A DNA stretch of 64,000 nt from an uncultured virus (IMG/VR IMGVR_UViG_3300024270_002537). Lineage: Duplodnaviria > Heunggongvirae > Uroviricota > Caudoviricetes. This document shows, one piece after another, positions 19,059-28,384 of the stretch; positions within the stretch are counted from its first letter, which is position 1; each line of letters opens with the position of its first letter. The DNA is taken from the IMG/VR virus record IMGVR_UViG_3300024270_002537; one strand, 5' to 3'. Below the pieces are notes generated by a model that was not told the DNA's origin, searched no databases, and saw nothing but the letters and a program-made list of their open reading frames with translations. Position numbers and translations under genes: made by a program.

Positions 19059-20042
19059 GTGGGGGTGGAAGCGGTGCCGGTAATTGTACAACCGAATCCA
19101 GAAGACAGGAAGAGAGACTTATTAGAAAAACAAAAACGGATAAGAGACCGTAGAAAGCGATTAGAAGAGCAGAAACAGAAAAGGGCTGGAGTGCAAAAGA
19201 AGAGTGTAAGGCAAGGAAGTAAAGAGACGCTTCCGGGAATTGCGGTGAATACTATGCTCAGAAATGCAGTGATGGTACCTTCAAAAGTACGATACACATT
19301 TTCTGCTGCGGAAATTGAAAAGTTTTATTTTCATAATAAAAGCTTTCAAGCGGTAATGAATACTGGGGATTATTTCTACTATGATAATCATTTGGTGCTA
19401 ATGACTAAAGATGCCTTTTCTATGAAAAATGGTAGATTAGTACTAAATAAGGAATTGCCCGATTTTGAAAAAAAGTATTGTGTACAATGTAAAGAAGAGC
19501 GAATTTCTCATGTGGCGAATAGTCAAGCTCGTTTAGAAGATGGGCAGGTTGCCAATATCCCCTTAAAGGCTTACATTGTTGCTACAAAATTTATCCACGC
19601 AACTGAACACACCACAATTACAGGTAAAATCAAATCAGAGTTTACGGATTTTTTAATGTTATTTCAGGGAACTGGATATGGAGGTGATCCACCATTTGAC
19701 ACATTTGGTGGAACTTTATCGATGTATATGGAACTGGAAAATATAACAAATGAATATATGTGTGAATTAACCGAGATTTCCACCAGGACGATACAGCGGT
19801 ATAGAAATAATCAAGGTGATCCAGAATTGCCATATGTGGTTGCAATATGTATAGCATTAAAATTATTACCATCATTGAGTATAAGGATGGTGGAATTGGC
19901 GGGTTATACATTCCGCGGCACTAAAAGAGATGTAGCCTATTTATTTTTGTTAAACACAGAATACAAAAATGGCGATGTTGCAAGGTGTAATAATATTCTT
20001 ACAAAACTTGATCTAAAACCACTTACGAAAAAATGTAGTTAG
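19059..20042 (+). CDS. XRE-HTH protein homologous to the C-terminal half of the downstream ImmA-HTH protein
   Basis: TFGGTL...EISTRTIQRYRN...VVAICIALKL. Start uncertain. Confidence 0.7.
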   Translation: MGVEAVPVIVQPNPEDRKRDLLEKQKRIRDRRKRLEEQKQKRAGVQKKSVRQGSKETLPGIAVNTMLRNAVMVPSKVRYTFSAAEIEKFYFHNKSFQAVMNTGDYFYYDNHLVLMTKDAFSMKNGRLVLNKELPDFEKKYCVQCKEERISHVANSQARLEDGQVANIPLKAYIVATKFIHATEHTTITGKIKSEFTDFLMLFQGTGYGGDPPFDTFGGTLSMYMELENITNEYMCELTEISTRTIQRYRNNQGDPELPYVVAICIALKLLPSLSIRMVELAGYTFRGTKRDVAYLFLLNTEYKNGDVARCNNILTKLDLKPLTKKCS

Positions 20043-20052
20043 GAGGCAGCCT

Positions 20053-21954
20053 ATGGCGAAAGACCGTTCATTTACAAATTATGTGGCAGACAGATTTTAC
20101 AATGAACTGTTTGATGCCATAAAAAATTTTATTAGGAATGATCCGGGGAAACTGGACTTATATCTTTATAAAGTGAAGAATATGAGTCACGCATGGTTAA
20201 ATGATATTTATGTCCGTGCGGTTTCAGTGAATGATTGCCCGGAGATGAGAATTACATTTACAGTGATTGTGGAAGCCGATATGGGTGCAAGAGAATCCGA
20301 TTATCACTATGATGAAACGGAAGAATGCGGACAGTGGTTTTCAGTTGAATGTAGCGGAGATTTGGCATGTGACTTAAACGATTTTGCAGTACATAGTGTA
20401 GATGTATATAATGGAAAGAAGTTTCAGCCGGTACCCTTGTCTGATGCGTTGGTGCCATATATTTCTGCGGAAGAATATGAAGAGGTTGCACTGGATTTTT
20501 TAAGACGGAACTATCCGGAGGCTTTGCAGAAACCAATGGCAATAGAGCCTGATGTTCTTGCAAAGAAAATGGGCTTAGACATCATGGTGCATCAAATCAC
20601 AGATGATTTTTCCGTGTTTGGCGAAATTTTCTTTTGTGATTCTGAAACAAAATTATATGATGCTGCTACGGGAGAGTACATTGATACTCACATAAATGGA
20701 AAAACAATCGTGGTAGATCCGCAAGCATATTTTTTGCGAAATCTCGGCTCTGTCAACAATACAATCATACATGAATGTGTACATTGGGACAAACATAGAA
20801 AGGCATTTGAATTGGAGCGCCTTTTTAACAAAAGCGCAACACAGATAAAGTGCCAGGTTGTTGGTGGCGTAAAGGACAGTGGAAACATGGGTGCAACAGA
20901 CTGGATGGAGAGACATGCTAATGCACTGGCTCCACGAATCCAGATGCCGTTACCTACGTTTAAAATGAAAGCGCATGAATATATAAGAGAATGCCAGAAG
21001 GAATCTGGAAGCTTCAATATTGTAGATGTTATGGAGTGGGTCATTGATTCTTTGGCTACATTCTTCTGCGTGTCACGTTGTGCAGCAAAGATAAGAATGG
21101 TGGATGCCGGATACGAAGAAGCGATAGGTGTCTTTACGTATGTGGATGATCATTATGTGAGACCGCATTGTTTTAAGAAAGGTGCTATCGGGAGAAATCA
21201 GACATTCTCTATCAGTCTTCAGGATGCTTTAGTAGAAAGTGCATTTTCTCCAAAGCTCAAAGAAAAACTGCAAAGTGGTAATTATTTGTATGTTGATTCG
21301 CATTTTTGCTTCAACAGTTCTAAGTATATTACAGAGGATGAAGAGGGAAAAATCTGCCTTACAGATTATGCACGCCACCATATGGATGAATGCTGTCTGG
21401 TGTTTGACCTGAAAGTTAAGGCAATAAACAAGTATGGTGAACAGTTTTTTACGGAATGTGTGTTGTATCGAGATGCGGCATCCGGTGTCGTTTTCATAGC
21501 AAATTATTCCGATAATAACAGCGACCATCAGAAGCAGATTGATACCATCAAACAGTATAATCAGGATTTATTAGCTGTGATTAGAACCTTGCCACAATCA
21601 TTTTCAGGGGCATTGGACGCATTGATTAAGTGGTCCGAAATGACAGAAGAAGAGTTGGCATGGGAATCCGGTCTTAGCGAAAAAACTATCCAACGTTTAA
21701 GAAATCAAGAGCCGGATAGTGTCACGATTGAAACAGTGGTTCAGTTATGTATTGGAATGCAGTTACCGCCACAGTTGAGTAGCATATTGATGAGATGTTC
21801 GGGAAATAATTTTATGATGACGGAACAGCATATCATGTATCAATTTCTGTTGGGCTCATGTTATACATCCACTTTGGATGAGTGTAATGAGATGTTGGAA
21901 TCACAGAATCTGAAGCCTTTGGGTAGAAAAAACAGAAGTTCTGCAAATATTTAA
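20053..21954 (+). CDS. ImmA/IrrE-family metallopeptidase with C-terminal XRE HTH (probable repressor/antirepressor)
   Basis: NTIIHECVH (HExxH), WMERHANALAPRIQMP, LSEKTIQRLRN. Confidence 0.85.
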   Translation: MAKDRSFTNYVADRFYNELFDAIKNFIRNDPGKLDLYLYKVKNMSHAWLNDIYVRAVSVNDCPEMRITFTVIVEADMGARESDYHYDETEECGQWFSVECSGDLACDLNDFAVHSVDVYNGKKFQPVPLSDALVPYISAEEYEEVALDFLRRNYPEALQKPMAIEPDVLAKKMGLDIMVHQITDDFSVFGEIFFCDSETKLYDAATGEYIDTHINGKTIVVDPQAYFLRNLGSVNNTIIHECVHWDKHRKAFELERLFNKSATQIKCQVVGGVKDSGNMGATDWMERHANALAPRIQMPLPTFKMKAHEYIRECQKESGSFNIVDVMEWVIDSLATFFCVSRCAAKIRMVDAGYEEAIGVFTYVDDHYVRPHCFKKGAIGRNQTFSISLQDALVESAFSPKLKEKLQSGNYLYVDSHFCFNSSKYITEDEEGKICLTDYARHHMDECCLVFDLKVKAINKYGEQFFTECVLYRDAASGVVFIANYSDNNSDHQKQIDTIKQYNQDLLAVIRTLPQSFSGALDALIKWSEMTEEELAWESGLSEKTIQRLRNQEPDSVTIETVVQLCIGMQLPPQLSSILMRCSGNNFMMTEQHIMYQFLLGSCYTSTLDECNEMLESQNLKPLGRKNRSSANI

Positions 21955-21972
21955 AAATTTTTTTGGCTCTTT

Positions 21973-21989
21973 CGGACATCCCATGTCCG
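21973..21989. promoter_or_regulatory. palindromic operator candidate
   Basis: CGGACAT-CCC-ATGTCCG, with a related GACAT-CCG-GTGTC at 22085-22097. Confidence 0.5.
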
Positions 21990-22157
21990 GTAGAAACGTT
22001 CATATTTTGAAGAAATCCTTTGATAAGTGGTTTAAAACGACCATTTATCAGAGGATTTTTTCGTGTTTTAGGGCAAAATCTGGCGACATCCGGTGTCCTG
22101 TTCTAATTTTTGTATTCAGATTAGAATGGGGCATAACAGAAATTCGTCAGGTTCTAA

Positions 22158-22187
22158 TTGACAACAGAACATATGTTCTGATATAAT
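22158..22187 (+). promoter_or_regulatory. consensus sigma-A promoter with LexA (SOS) box
   Basis: TTGACA-N18-TATAAT enclosing CAGAACATATGTTCTG (Firmicutes GAAC-N4-GTTC). Confidence 0.88.
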
Positions 22188-22296
22188 GACTGCATCGCTA
22201 CTTAGGAAAAATGTTAAACAGCAACAGTAATAATCAGTGTATGGTCAGTTTGACTTTCCCTTTGACTGGCCTCTTAAGTATAGGAGGCGAAGGACG

Positions 22297-22536
22297 ATGC
22301 AAGAAAGATTAGAGGTTGGCTCACACGTATTTATTATTGAAAGCAATCGAACCATCACAGAGATGGTGGTAGCAGCAAGGCGAGGAGATTTTTATACGTT
22401 ACGATTCATGAATGGCGGTGCTATCCAACTAAGGAGAAGTCGGATATTTCTTACAAGAGATGAGGCAGAAGAGAAGATTCCGGCATCCGTTGAGACAAAG
22501 CGCAGATATCGCTCTCCATATGATTACGGTATGTGA
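22297..22536 (+). CDS. hypothetical SOS-inducible small protein
   Basis: ATG after TAGGAGG, first gene after the LexA-box promoter. Confidence 0.75.
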   Translation: MQERLEVGSHVFIIESNRTITEMVVAARRGDFYTLRFMNGGAIQLRRSRIFLTRDEAEEKIPASVETKRRYRSPYDYGM

Positions 22537-22551
22537 TTGGAGGGTAGAAGC

Positions 22552-22719
22552 ATGAAGGAAGAAGTACACATTGCTTGTCCATGTTGCAAGAATAAGAGAT
22601 TGTTTGACGCAGATCCGGATACGGAGGGCATCATCAAAATAAAATGTCCCATCTGTAGAGGTGTAATAGCGGTCAGCTTTCATAAGAAGAAAATTCGTAC
22701 TGAGCGAATCGGTGCATGA
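22552..22719 (+). CDS. zinc-ribbon protein resembling Mu Com
   Basis: IACPCCKNKRLFDAD...IKIKCPICR. Confidence 0.65.
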   Translation: MKEEVHIACPCCKNKRLFDADPDTEGIIKIKCPICRGVIAVSFHKKKIRTERIGA

Positions 22720-22734
22720 GCAATCATAGCAACC

Positions 22735-22790
22735 AAGGCCTGACGAAGTATAGGTGCTAAAGAGCATCTGTATTTTGTCAGGCCTTTTTC
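22735..22790 (+). terminator. long hairpin terminator/attenuator
   Basis: AAGGCCTGACGAAGTATAGGTGCT-aaag-AGCATCTGTATTTTGTCAGGCCTT followed by a T run. Confidence 0.7.
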
Positions 22791-22965
22791 TGTTGTCTGG
22801 TTTACAAAACGAAGCGGGATTTTCTTTTTAGAAATAGAGAAGTAAATAACAGATGGGTATTGAATCGGACGATACAGATATTTGTATTTTCCGGTTGAGC
22901 ATCCATCCGATGTTCAAAAGTTCACGTGAACGAAACTAAAAAATTCATATCGGCCACATGATGCG

Positions 22966-23132
22966 CAGTGAGGCAGGATACGACATATCGCATTTTCGAC
23001 AGTTGCAATAAAAGCAACAGCAAAGTGCGGATGTAAGTACCCCTTGTTTAACTGTGCATTTTTTATGGGGGTACTTCGGTCAAAGGTTTCGGACAAGTCC
23101 TGTCTTCACTGTCTCTCGGCCAGAAAGAGAGG
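22966..23132 (+). ncRNA. putative structured 5' leader RNA of the phage sigma factor
   Basis: Closing stem 22966-22978/23098-23111, inner hairpins, and an RBS-occluding TCTCTC/GAGAGG pairing. Confidence 0.4.
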
Positions 23133-23138
23133 CAAACA

Positions 23139-23696
23139 ATGAAAATCAGAAAGACAAGACAGGACAGAAGAGAAACTTACAGATATGAGGCATATCTGGA
23201 AAATGACAACGGCGAATACACCAAAGAGTGCATTGAACTGAAACCGGGAACGGATGGTGTGACAGAGGCGTGGATTAAAACACTGCATTCTTTGGATGAC
23301 CATGAGGTGTATCTGAATTGTAAAAATGGACATCCACCACTTACAGATGCAGAAAAAGCAGCTAAAAGAAAGTGGGAACAGGAGCATGATGGGGAGACCT
23401 ACGGTGTGGGTTGGAATCTTTCCCTGGACTATATGGTTACGGATGATGAAGGCGGTACGGATAAGAGTTCTGTATTAAAAGGTGCCTGTTACATGATGGA
23501 TGAAGACATTCCGGCAGATGTCCAGCATCTCCGTGACCTTGTGGATACCATGACGGAGAAACAGCAGTTGGTGTACAAGCTGCATGTTCTGGAAGGCTAT
23601 TCCTTTACGGAAATTGCAAAGCTGATGGGGACAAGTATTCCAAATGTGAAGAAGCATTATGATAAGGCGATTTTGTTCATCAAAAATAATTTCTAA
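23139..23696 (+). CDS. phage sigma-70 region-4 (ECF-like) factor
   Basis: MTEKQQLVYKLHVLEGYSFTEIAKLMGTSIPNVKKH. Confidence 0.85.
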   Translation: MKIRKTRQDRRETYRYEAYLENDNGEYTKECIELKPGTDGVTEAWIKTLHSLDDHEVYLNCKNGHPPLTDAEKAAKRKWEQEHDGETYGVGWNLSLDYMVTDDEGGTDKSSVLKGACYMMDEDIPADVQHLRDLVDTMTEKQQLVYKLHVLEGYSFTEIAKLMGTSIPNVKKHYDKAILFIKNNF

Positions 23697-23710
23697 AAAA
23701 TTTTTCCATG

Positions 23711-23745
23711 AGGTTAAAAAGAGGGGTGTTTCCTTTGCCTGTGAC
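23711..23745 (+). promoter_or_regulatory. bipartite phage promoter motif, copy 1
   Basis: AGGTTAAAA-N14-TTTGCCTGTGAC upstream of the replication operon. Confidence 0.7.
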
Positions 23746-23785
23746 ATGTAAGGAATAAGGACTTACAGAAAGCGAGGTAGTCAAA

Positions 23786-23989
23786 ATGGCATTAAAGCAC
23801 AAGATTACGATTAACGTCACAGATGCCAAAGGCAGACACACGACTGTTCTTCGCGGCGCCAAAAGAAGCATACCGGAAAGATTGGTAAGATTCCTGTTCG
23901 GGGATTTTACACAGGTTTATCTTCTGGCACCGGGGCAGACAGTTGAATCCGTGGATGTCCGAGAAGTCAAAGAAGGAGGAAGCGCCTAA
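23786..23989 (+). CDS. hypothetical phage protein
   Basis: RBS GAGGT, coupled to the next gene. Confidence 0.75.
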   Translation: MALKHKITINVTDAKGRHTTVLRGAKRSIPERLVRFLFGDFTQVYLLAPGQTVESVDVREVKEGGSA

Positions 23990-24297
23990 TGGGAAAAATG
24001 AGTGAACTGGAAATGATGGTCAAAGAACTGCGTGGGTGCGGAGAAAAACTGATTCGCATGGCAGAGGAAATGACAGAGATGTTCTCAGCATCCGTGCAGA
24101 GTGAACCAGAAGAAGCACCGAAAAAGCAGTTGTCGCTTACAGAAGTAAGGGCAGTTCTGGCAGAAAAATCCCGTGCCGGTTTTACAAAAGAAGTGAAAGA
24201 GCTTCTTGTCAAACACGGTGCAGATAAGCTGTCAGAAATCAATCCGACTGAGTATGAAGCACTGCTTGCAGAAGTGGAGGTGTTGGGAAATGGCTAA
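23989..24297 (+). CDS. conserved phage replication-module protein
   Basis: LTEVRAVLAEKSRAGFTKEVKELLVKHGADKLSEI. Confidence 0.8.
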   Translation: MGKMSELEMMVKELRGCGEKLIRMAEEMTEMFSASVQSEPEEAPKKQLSLTEVRAVLAEKSRAGFTKEVKELLVKHGADKLSEINPTEYEALLAEVEVLGNG

Positions 24298-25411
24298 ACA
24301 TGCATTGTTATCAGCATCTTCAGCACACCGATGGCTGAATTGTCCACCATCCGCAAAACTCAGTGCCACATATCAGGATACATCCAGTGAATTTGCCAGA
24401 CAGGGAACTGATGCACACAGCCTGTGTGAATATCATCTACGAAGGGCATTAGGGATGCCGGCAGAGAATCCTACGGAGAACCTGACTTTTTATGATCAGG
24501 AGATGGAAGAGTGTGCGCAAGGGTACGCCACTTATGTGATGGAACAGGTGGAAAAAGCAAAACAGACCTGTTCAGATCCGGTGGTGTTGATTGAGCAGAG
24601 ACTGGATTTCTCCAGATTTGTGGAAGAGGGATTTGGTACAGGAGACTGTGTAATCATCTCCGATGGCACATTATCCGTGATTGATTACAAACATGGTGTC
24701 GGTGTTCTGGTCAGCGCAGAAGAAAATCCGCAGATGATGTGTTATGCGCTGGGAGCATTAGAACTGTTCGATGGAATTTATGACATTGATACGGTATCCA
24801 TGACAATCTATCAGCCACGAAGGGAAAACGTCAGTACCTGTGTCATGAAAAAAGAACAGCTTTTGGAATGGGCGGAGACGGTGTTGGTACCGACTGCAAA
24901 GCTGGCTTATGCAGGGGAAGGCGAATATAAAGCCGGAGATCACTGTCAGTTCTGCAAGGCGAAGGCAGTCTGTAGGAAACGTGCCGAATACAATCTGGAA
25001 CTTGCCAGATATGATTTTGAAATGCCGGCCACTTTGGATACAGATGAGATTGCGTACATCCTGACAAAAGCGGATGAGCTGGCAAACTGGGTAAGTGATG
25101 TAAAAGAGTATGCATTGCAACAGGCACTCAGCGGTACGGATTACAACGGATTTAAGGTTGTGGAAGGCAGAAGCAACCGAAAGTATGTGAATGAAGAGGC
25201 AGTTGCCCGGGCAGCAGTTGATGCCGGATTCGATCCATACGAAAAGAAAGTGCTTGGCATTACTGCCATGACAGCCCTGATGGGCAAGAAGAAATTTGAA
25301 GAAGTGCTTGGCGGGTTTATCCATAAACCTTCAGGCAAACCGGTATTGGTTCCATTGTCGGATAAGCGTCCGGCTATGAATACAGCACAAGATGATTTTA
25401 AGGAAAATTAG
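24290..25411 (+). CDS. DUF2800 family PD-(D/E)XK (Cas4-like) exonuclease
   Basis: HALLSASSAHRWLNCPPS, GFGTGDCVII, VIDYKHG, HCQFCKAKAVC. Confidence 0.88.
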   Translation: MAKHALLSASSAHRWLNCPPSAKLSATYQDTSSEFARQGTDAHSLCEYHLRRALGMPAENPTENLTFYDQEMEECAQGYATYVMEQVEKAKQTCSDPVVLIEQRLDFSRFVEEGFGTGDCVIISDGTLSVIDYKHGVGVLVSAEENPQMMCYALGALELFDGIYDIDTVSMTIYQPRRENVSTCVMKKEQLLEWAETVLVPTAKLAYAGEGEYKAGDHCQFCKAKAVCRKRAEYNLELARYDFEMPATLDTDEIAYILTKADELANWVSDVKEYALQQALSGTDYNGFKVVEGRSNRKYVNEEAVARAAVDAGFDPYEKKVLGITAMTALMGKKKFEEVLGGFIHKPSGKPVLVPLSDKRPAMNTAQDDFKEN

Positions 25412-25424
25412 GAGGAAAAAGATT

Positions 25425-25988
25425 ATGTCAAAATTCAACAATCCAACAAAAGTTATTACAGGACCTGAAACAAGATGGAGTTATGCAAATGTATGGGATG
25501 CGAAGTCAATAAACGGTGGTGCGCCGAAGTTTTCTGTATCCCTGATTATTCCAAAGTCTGATACAAAGACAGTGGAAAAGATTAAGGCTGCGATTCAGGC
25601 GGCTTATGAAGAGGGACAGAGTAAGTTAAAGGGTAATGGTAAGAGTGTACCGGCGCTTTCTGTTATCAAAACACCTCTTCGTGATGGTGATACTGAAAGA
25701 CCGGACGATCCGGCTTATGCAGGATGTTACTTTATCAATGCCAACAGTTCTGCTGCTCCCGGTATCGTGGATGCAGACCGTCAGCCGATTCTTGACCGTT
25801 CCGAAGTTTACAGTGGTGTATATGGCAGAGCTTCTATCAGCTTATATGCATTTAACAGTAACGGAAACCGTGGTATCGCCTGTGGTCTCAACAATCTCCA
25901 GAAAATTAAGGACGGAGAACCTTTAGGTGGTAAGTCTCGTGCGGAAGATGACTTCGCAACAGAGGAAGATGACGATTTCTTAAACTAA
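25425..25988 (+). CDS. DUF2815 family ssDNA-binding protein
   Basis: TRWSYANVW, PLRDGD, GIACGLNNLQK, acidic tail. Confidence 0.88.
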   Translation: MSKFNNPTKVITGPETRWSYANVWDAKSINGGAPKFSVSLIIPKSDTKTVEKIKAAIQAAYEEGQSKLKGNGKSVPALSVIKTPLRDGDTERPDDPAYAGCYFINANSSAAPGIVDADRQPILDRSEVYSGVYGRASISLYAFNSNGNRGIACGLNNLQKIKDGEPLGGKSRAEDDFATEEDDDFLN

Positions 25989-26053
25989 GTGACAAATAAG
26001 CGGGCGGCGATTATCTGCCGCCTGCAACAATCAAAGAAAAGAGGTATATGGTT

Positions 26054-26200
26054 ATGACAAATATTATTGTAACAGTTCTTGCAGTTATCTGGTTCGTGAT
26101 TATGATTGGCTGGTGGGGATTTATGATATACAGGGATATTCGCGATGATATCAGAAGTGAGAGAGAACGAAAGGCAAAACTTGAAAAGAATAAGGAATAA
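26054..26200 (+). CDS. small single-pass membrane protein (48 aa)
   Basis: Translated by hand: MTNIIVTVLAVIWFVIMIGWWGFMIYRDIRDD..., RBS GAGGT. Confidence 0.55.
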   Translation: MTNIIVTVLAVIWFVIMIGWWGFMIYRDIRDDIRSERERKAKLEKNKE

Positions 26201-26250
26201 TGATTGCGGAGGCGGTGGCGATATGCCGCCGCTTCTTTGCCATGGAGGAA

Positions 26251-28215
26251 ATGATGATGATAAAAGAAATGTCGATTGACCTTGAAACCTACAGTGATGT
26301 GGATATTAAAAAGAGTGGTGCATACCGATATGTGGAATCACCGGCATTTGAAATACTGCTGTTTGCTGTGTCCAAAAATGGCAGTCCGGTTACGGTGTAT
26401 GATATGGCATCTGGGGATGCGTTGCCGGAGAATATCTTACAGGCACTGGTGGATGATTCCGTGATAAAGTGGGCATTTAACGCTGCATTTGAAAGAATCT
26501 GTCTGTCAGAATATTTAAGGCGTGAGTTCCCGAAACTGATGAAGAGCAAATATCTGTGTCCGGACAGTTGGAAATGCAGCATGATTTGGTCTGCCTATAT
26601 GGGATTGCCATTATCGTTGGAGGGAGCCGGAAGCGTGCTCGGATTGGAAGAACAGAAACTGAAAGAAGGCAAAGACCTGATTCGTTATTTCTGCGTTCCA
26701 TGCAAGCCGACAAAGATCAATGGCGGACGTACCAGAAATCTTCCAGTTCATAGTCCGGAAAAGTGGGAACTGTTCAAGGCTTATAATAAACGAGATGTGG
26801 AAGTGGAAATGTCCATTCAGCAGAAATTGTATAAATTTCCGGTTCCTGATTTTGTATGGGAAGAGTACCACATGGACCAGTATATCAATGACAGGGGGAT
26901 TGCTCTGGACTGGCAAGTGGTGGAGAATGCGATTCAGATTGATGCTATATCAAAAGAAGAGTTGCTGTCTGCCATGAAAGAGATCACAAAACTGGAGAAC
27001 CCCAATAGTGTGCTTCAGATGAGAGAGTGGCTGTTGGAACGTGGTGTGGAAACAGGTTCTCTGGATAAAAAAGCTGTGGCCACAATGATGAAAGATGCGG
27101 ATGCAGAACTGTATGAGGTGCTGTCATTGCGACAGCAGATTGCAAAATCTTCTGTGAAGAAATATCAGGCTATGGAAAATGTGGTTTGTGATGATGGAAG
27201 GGTGCATGGAATGTTTCAGTTCTATGGTGCCAACCGTTCCGGAAGATGGGCGGGGAGACTGATTCAGTTGCAGAATCTTCCACAGAACCATATGCCGGAT
27301 TTGGAAGAGGCAAGAGCACTTGTGAGATGTGGGGACTATGAAGCCCTGTCCATGCTCTATGATTCTGTTCCCAATGTACTGTCAGAGCTCATAAGAACAG
27401 CATTTATTCCAAAAGAGAATTGCAAGTTTGTGGTAGCAGACTTTTCAGCGGTGGAAGCAAGGGTGCTTTCCTGGCTGTCTGGGGAAGAGTGGAGAACTGA
27501 AGTATTCCGTAATAACGGGGATATTTATTGTGCGTCTGCTTCTGCCATGTTCGGAGTTCCCGTGGAAAAGCATGGTGTAAACAGCCATTTGCGACAGAAG
27601 GGTAAGATTGCAGAACTGGCATTAGGATATGGTGGTTCTGTAGGTGCACTGAAATCAATGGGAGCATTGGATATGGGATTAAAGGAAGAAGAACTGCAGC
27701 CACTTGTGGATATGTGGAGACGGTCCAATCCAAACATTGTACAATTCTGGTGGGATGTGGACAGGGCTGTGAAATTTGCTGTAAAAGGTCGAACTTTGTC
27801 GGAAACTCATGGGATTCAGTTCTGTTACCAGAGTGGAATGCTGTTTATCAAGTTGCCTTCCGGAAGAAGACTCTGCTATGTAAAGCCAAAGATGGGAGAG
27901 AACCAGTTTGGTGGCGAGGCTGTGACCTATGAAGGTGTCGGTGCCACAAAGAAATGGGAGCGTATTGAAAGTTATGGTCCGAAGTTTGTGGAGAATATCG
28001 TTCAGGCAATCAGTAGGGATTTACTCTGTTATTCCATGAGAAAGCTGAAAGATTATGAGATTTGTGCGCATGTACATGATGAAGTAATCGTGGAATGCGG
28101 GATGGATGAGTCTATGGAGACTGTCTGTAAACTGATGGGAGAAGTGCCACCGTGGGCTAAAGGTTTGGAACTTAGGGCGGATGGATATGAGACCATGTTT
28201 TACAAAAAGGATTGA
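26251..28215 (+). CDS. phage DNA polymerase, family A
   Basis: SIDLETYS exonuclease, AFNAAFER, VADFSAVEARV, KIAELALGYG, HVHDE. Confidence 0.93.
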   Translation: MMMIKEMSIDLETYSDVDIKKSGAYRYVESPAFEILLFAVSKNGSPVTVYDMASGDALPENILQALVDDSVIKWAFNAAFERICLSEYLRREFPKLMKSKYLCPDSWKCSMIWSAYMGLPLSLEGAGSVLGLEEQKLKEGKDLIRYFCVPCKPTKINGGRTRNLPVHSPEKWELFKAYNKRDVEVEMSIQQKLYKFPVPDFVWEEYHMDQYINDRGIALDWQVVENAIQIDAISKEELLSAMKEITKLENPNSVLQMREWLLERGVETGSLDKKAVATMMKDADAELYEVLSLRQQIAKSSVKKYQAMENVVCDDGRVHGMFQFYGANRSGRWAGRLIQLQNLPQNHMPDLEEARALVRCGDYEALSMLYDSVPNVLSELIRTAFIPKENCKFVVADFSAVEARVLSWLSGEEWRTEVFRNNGDIYCASASAMFGVPVEKHGVNSHLRQKGKIAELALGYGGSVGALKSMGALDMGLKEEELQPLVDMWRRSNPNIVQFWWDVDRAVKFAVKGRTLSETHGIQFCYQSGMLFIKLPSGRRLCYVKPKMGENQFGGEAVTYEGVGATKKWERIESYGPKFVENIVQAISRDLLCYSMRKLKDYEICAHVHDEVIVECGMDESMETVCKLMGEVPPWAKGLELRADGYETMFYKKD

Positions 28216-28222
28216 TAAGGAA

Positions 28223-28263
28223 GGTCGTTGCATTGTAGGAAAACTATGCAGCGACCATTTTTT
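28223..28263 (+). terminator. intrinsic terminator
   Basis: GGTCGTTGCAT...ATGCAGCGACC followed by a T run. Confidence 0.7.
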
Positions 28264-28384
28264 CTGTTATAATGATAATTGCTTATGAAATGATAAACAA
28301 CACCAGAGAGTATACGTTGGAATATATTTCGCGAAATAAACAAGGCTTGTTATGATGTACGATAATCCGACGGAGGGGTAAGAT

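Noticed and set aside
21983..22186. 67-aa ORF in the track
   Set aside because: No RBS, and it overlaps operator and promoter elements. Likely spurious.
24290..25411. Cas4-like nuclease suggesting CRISPR
   Set aside because: It is the DUF2800 phage replication nuclease. No repeat-spacer array or other cas genes were seen.
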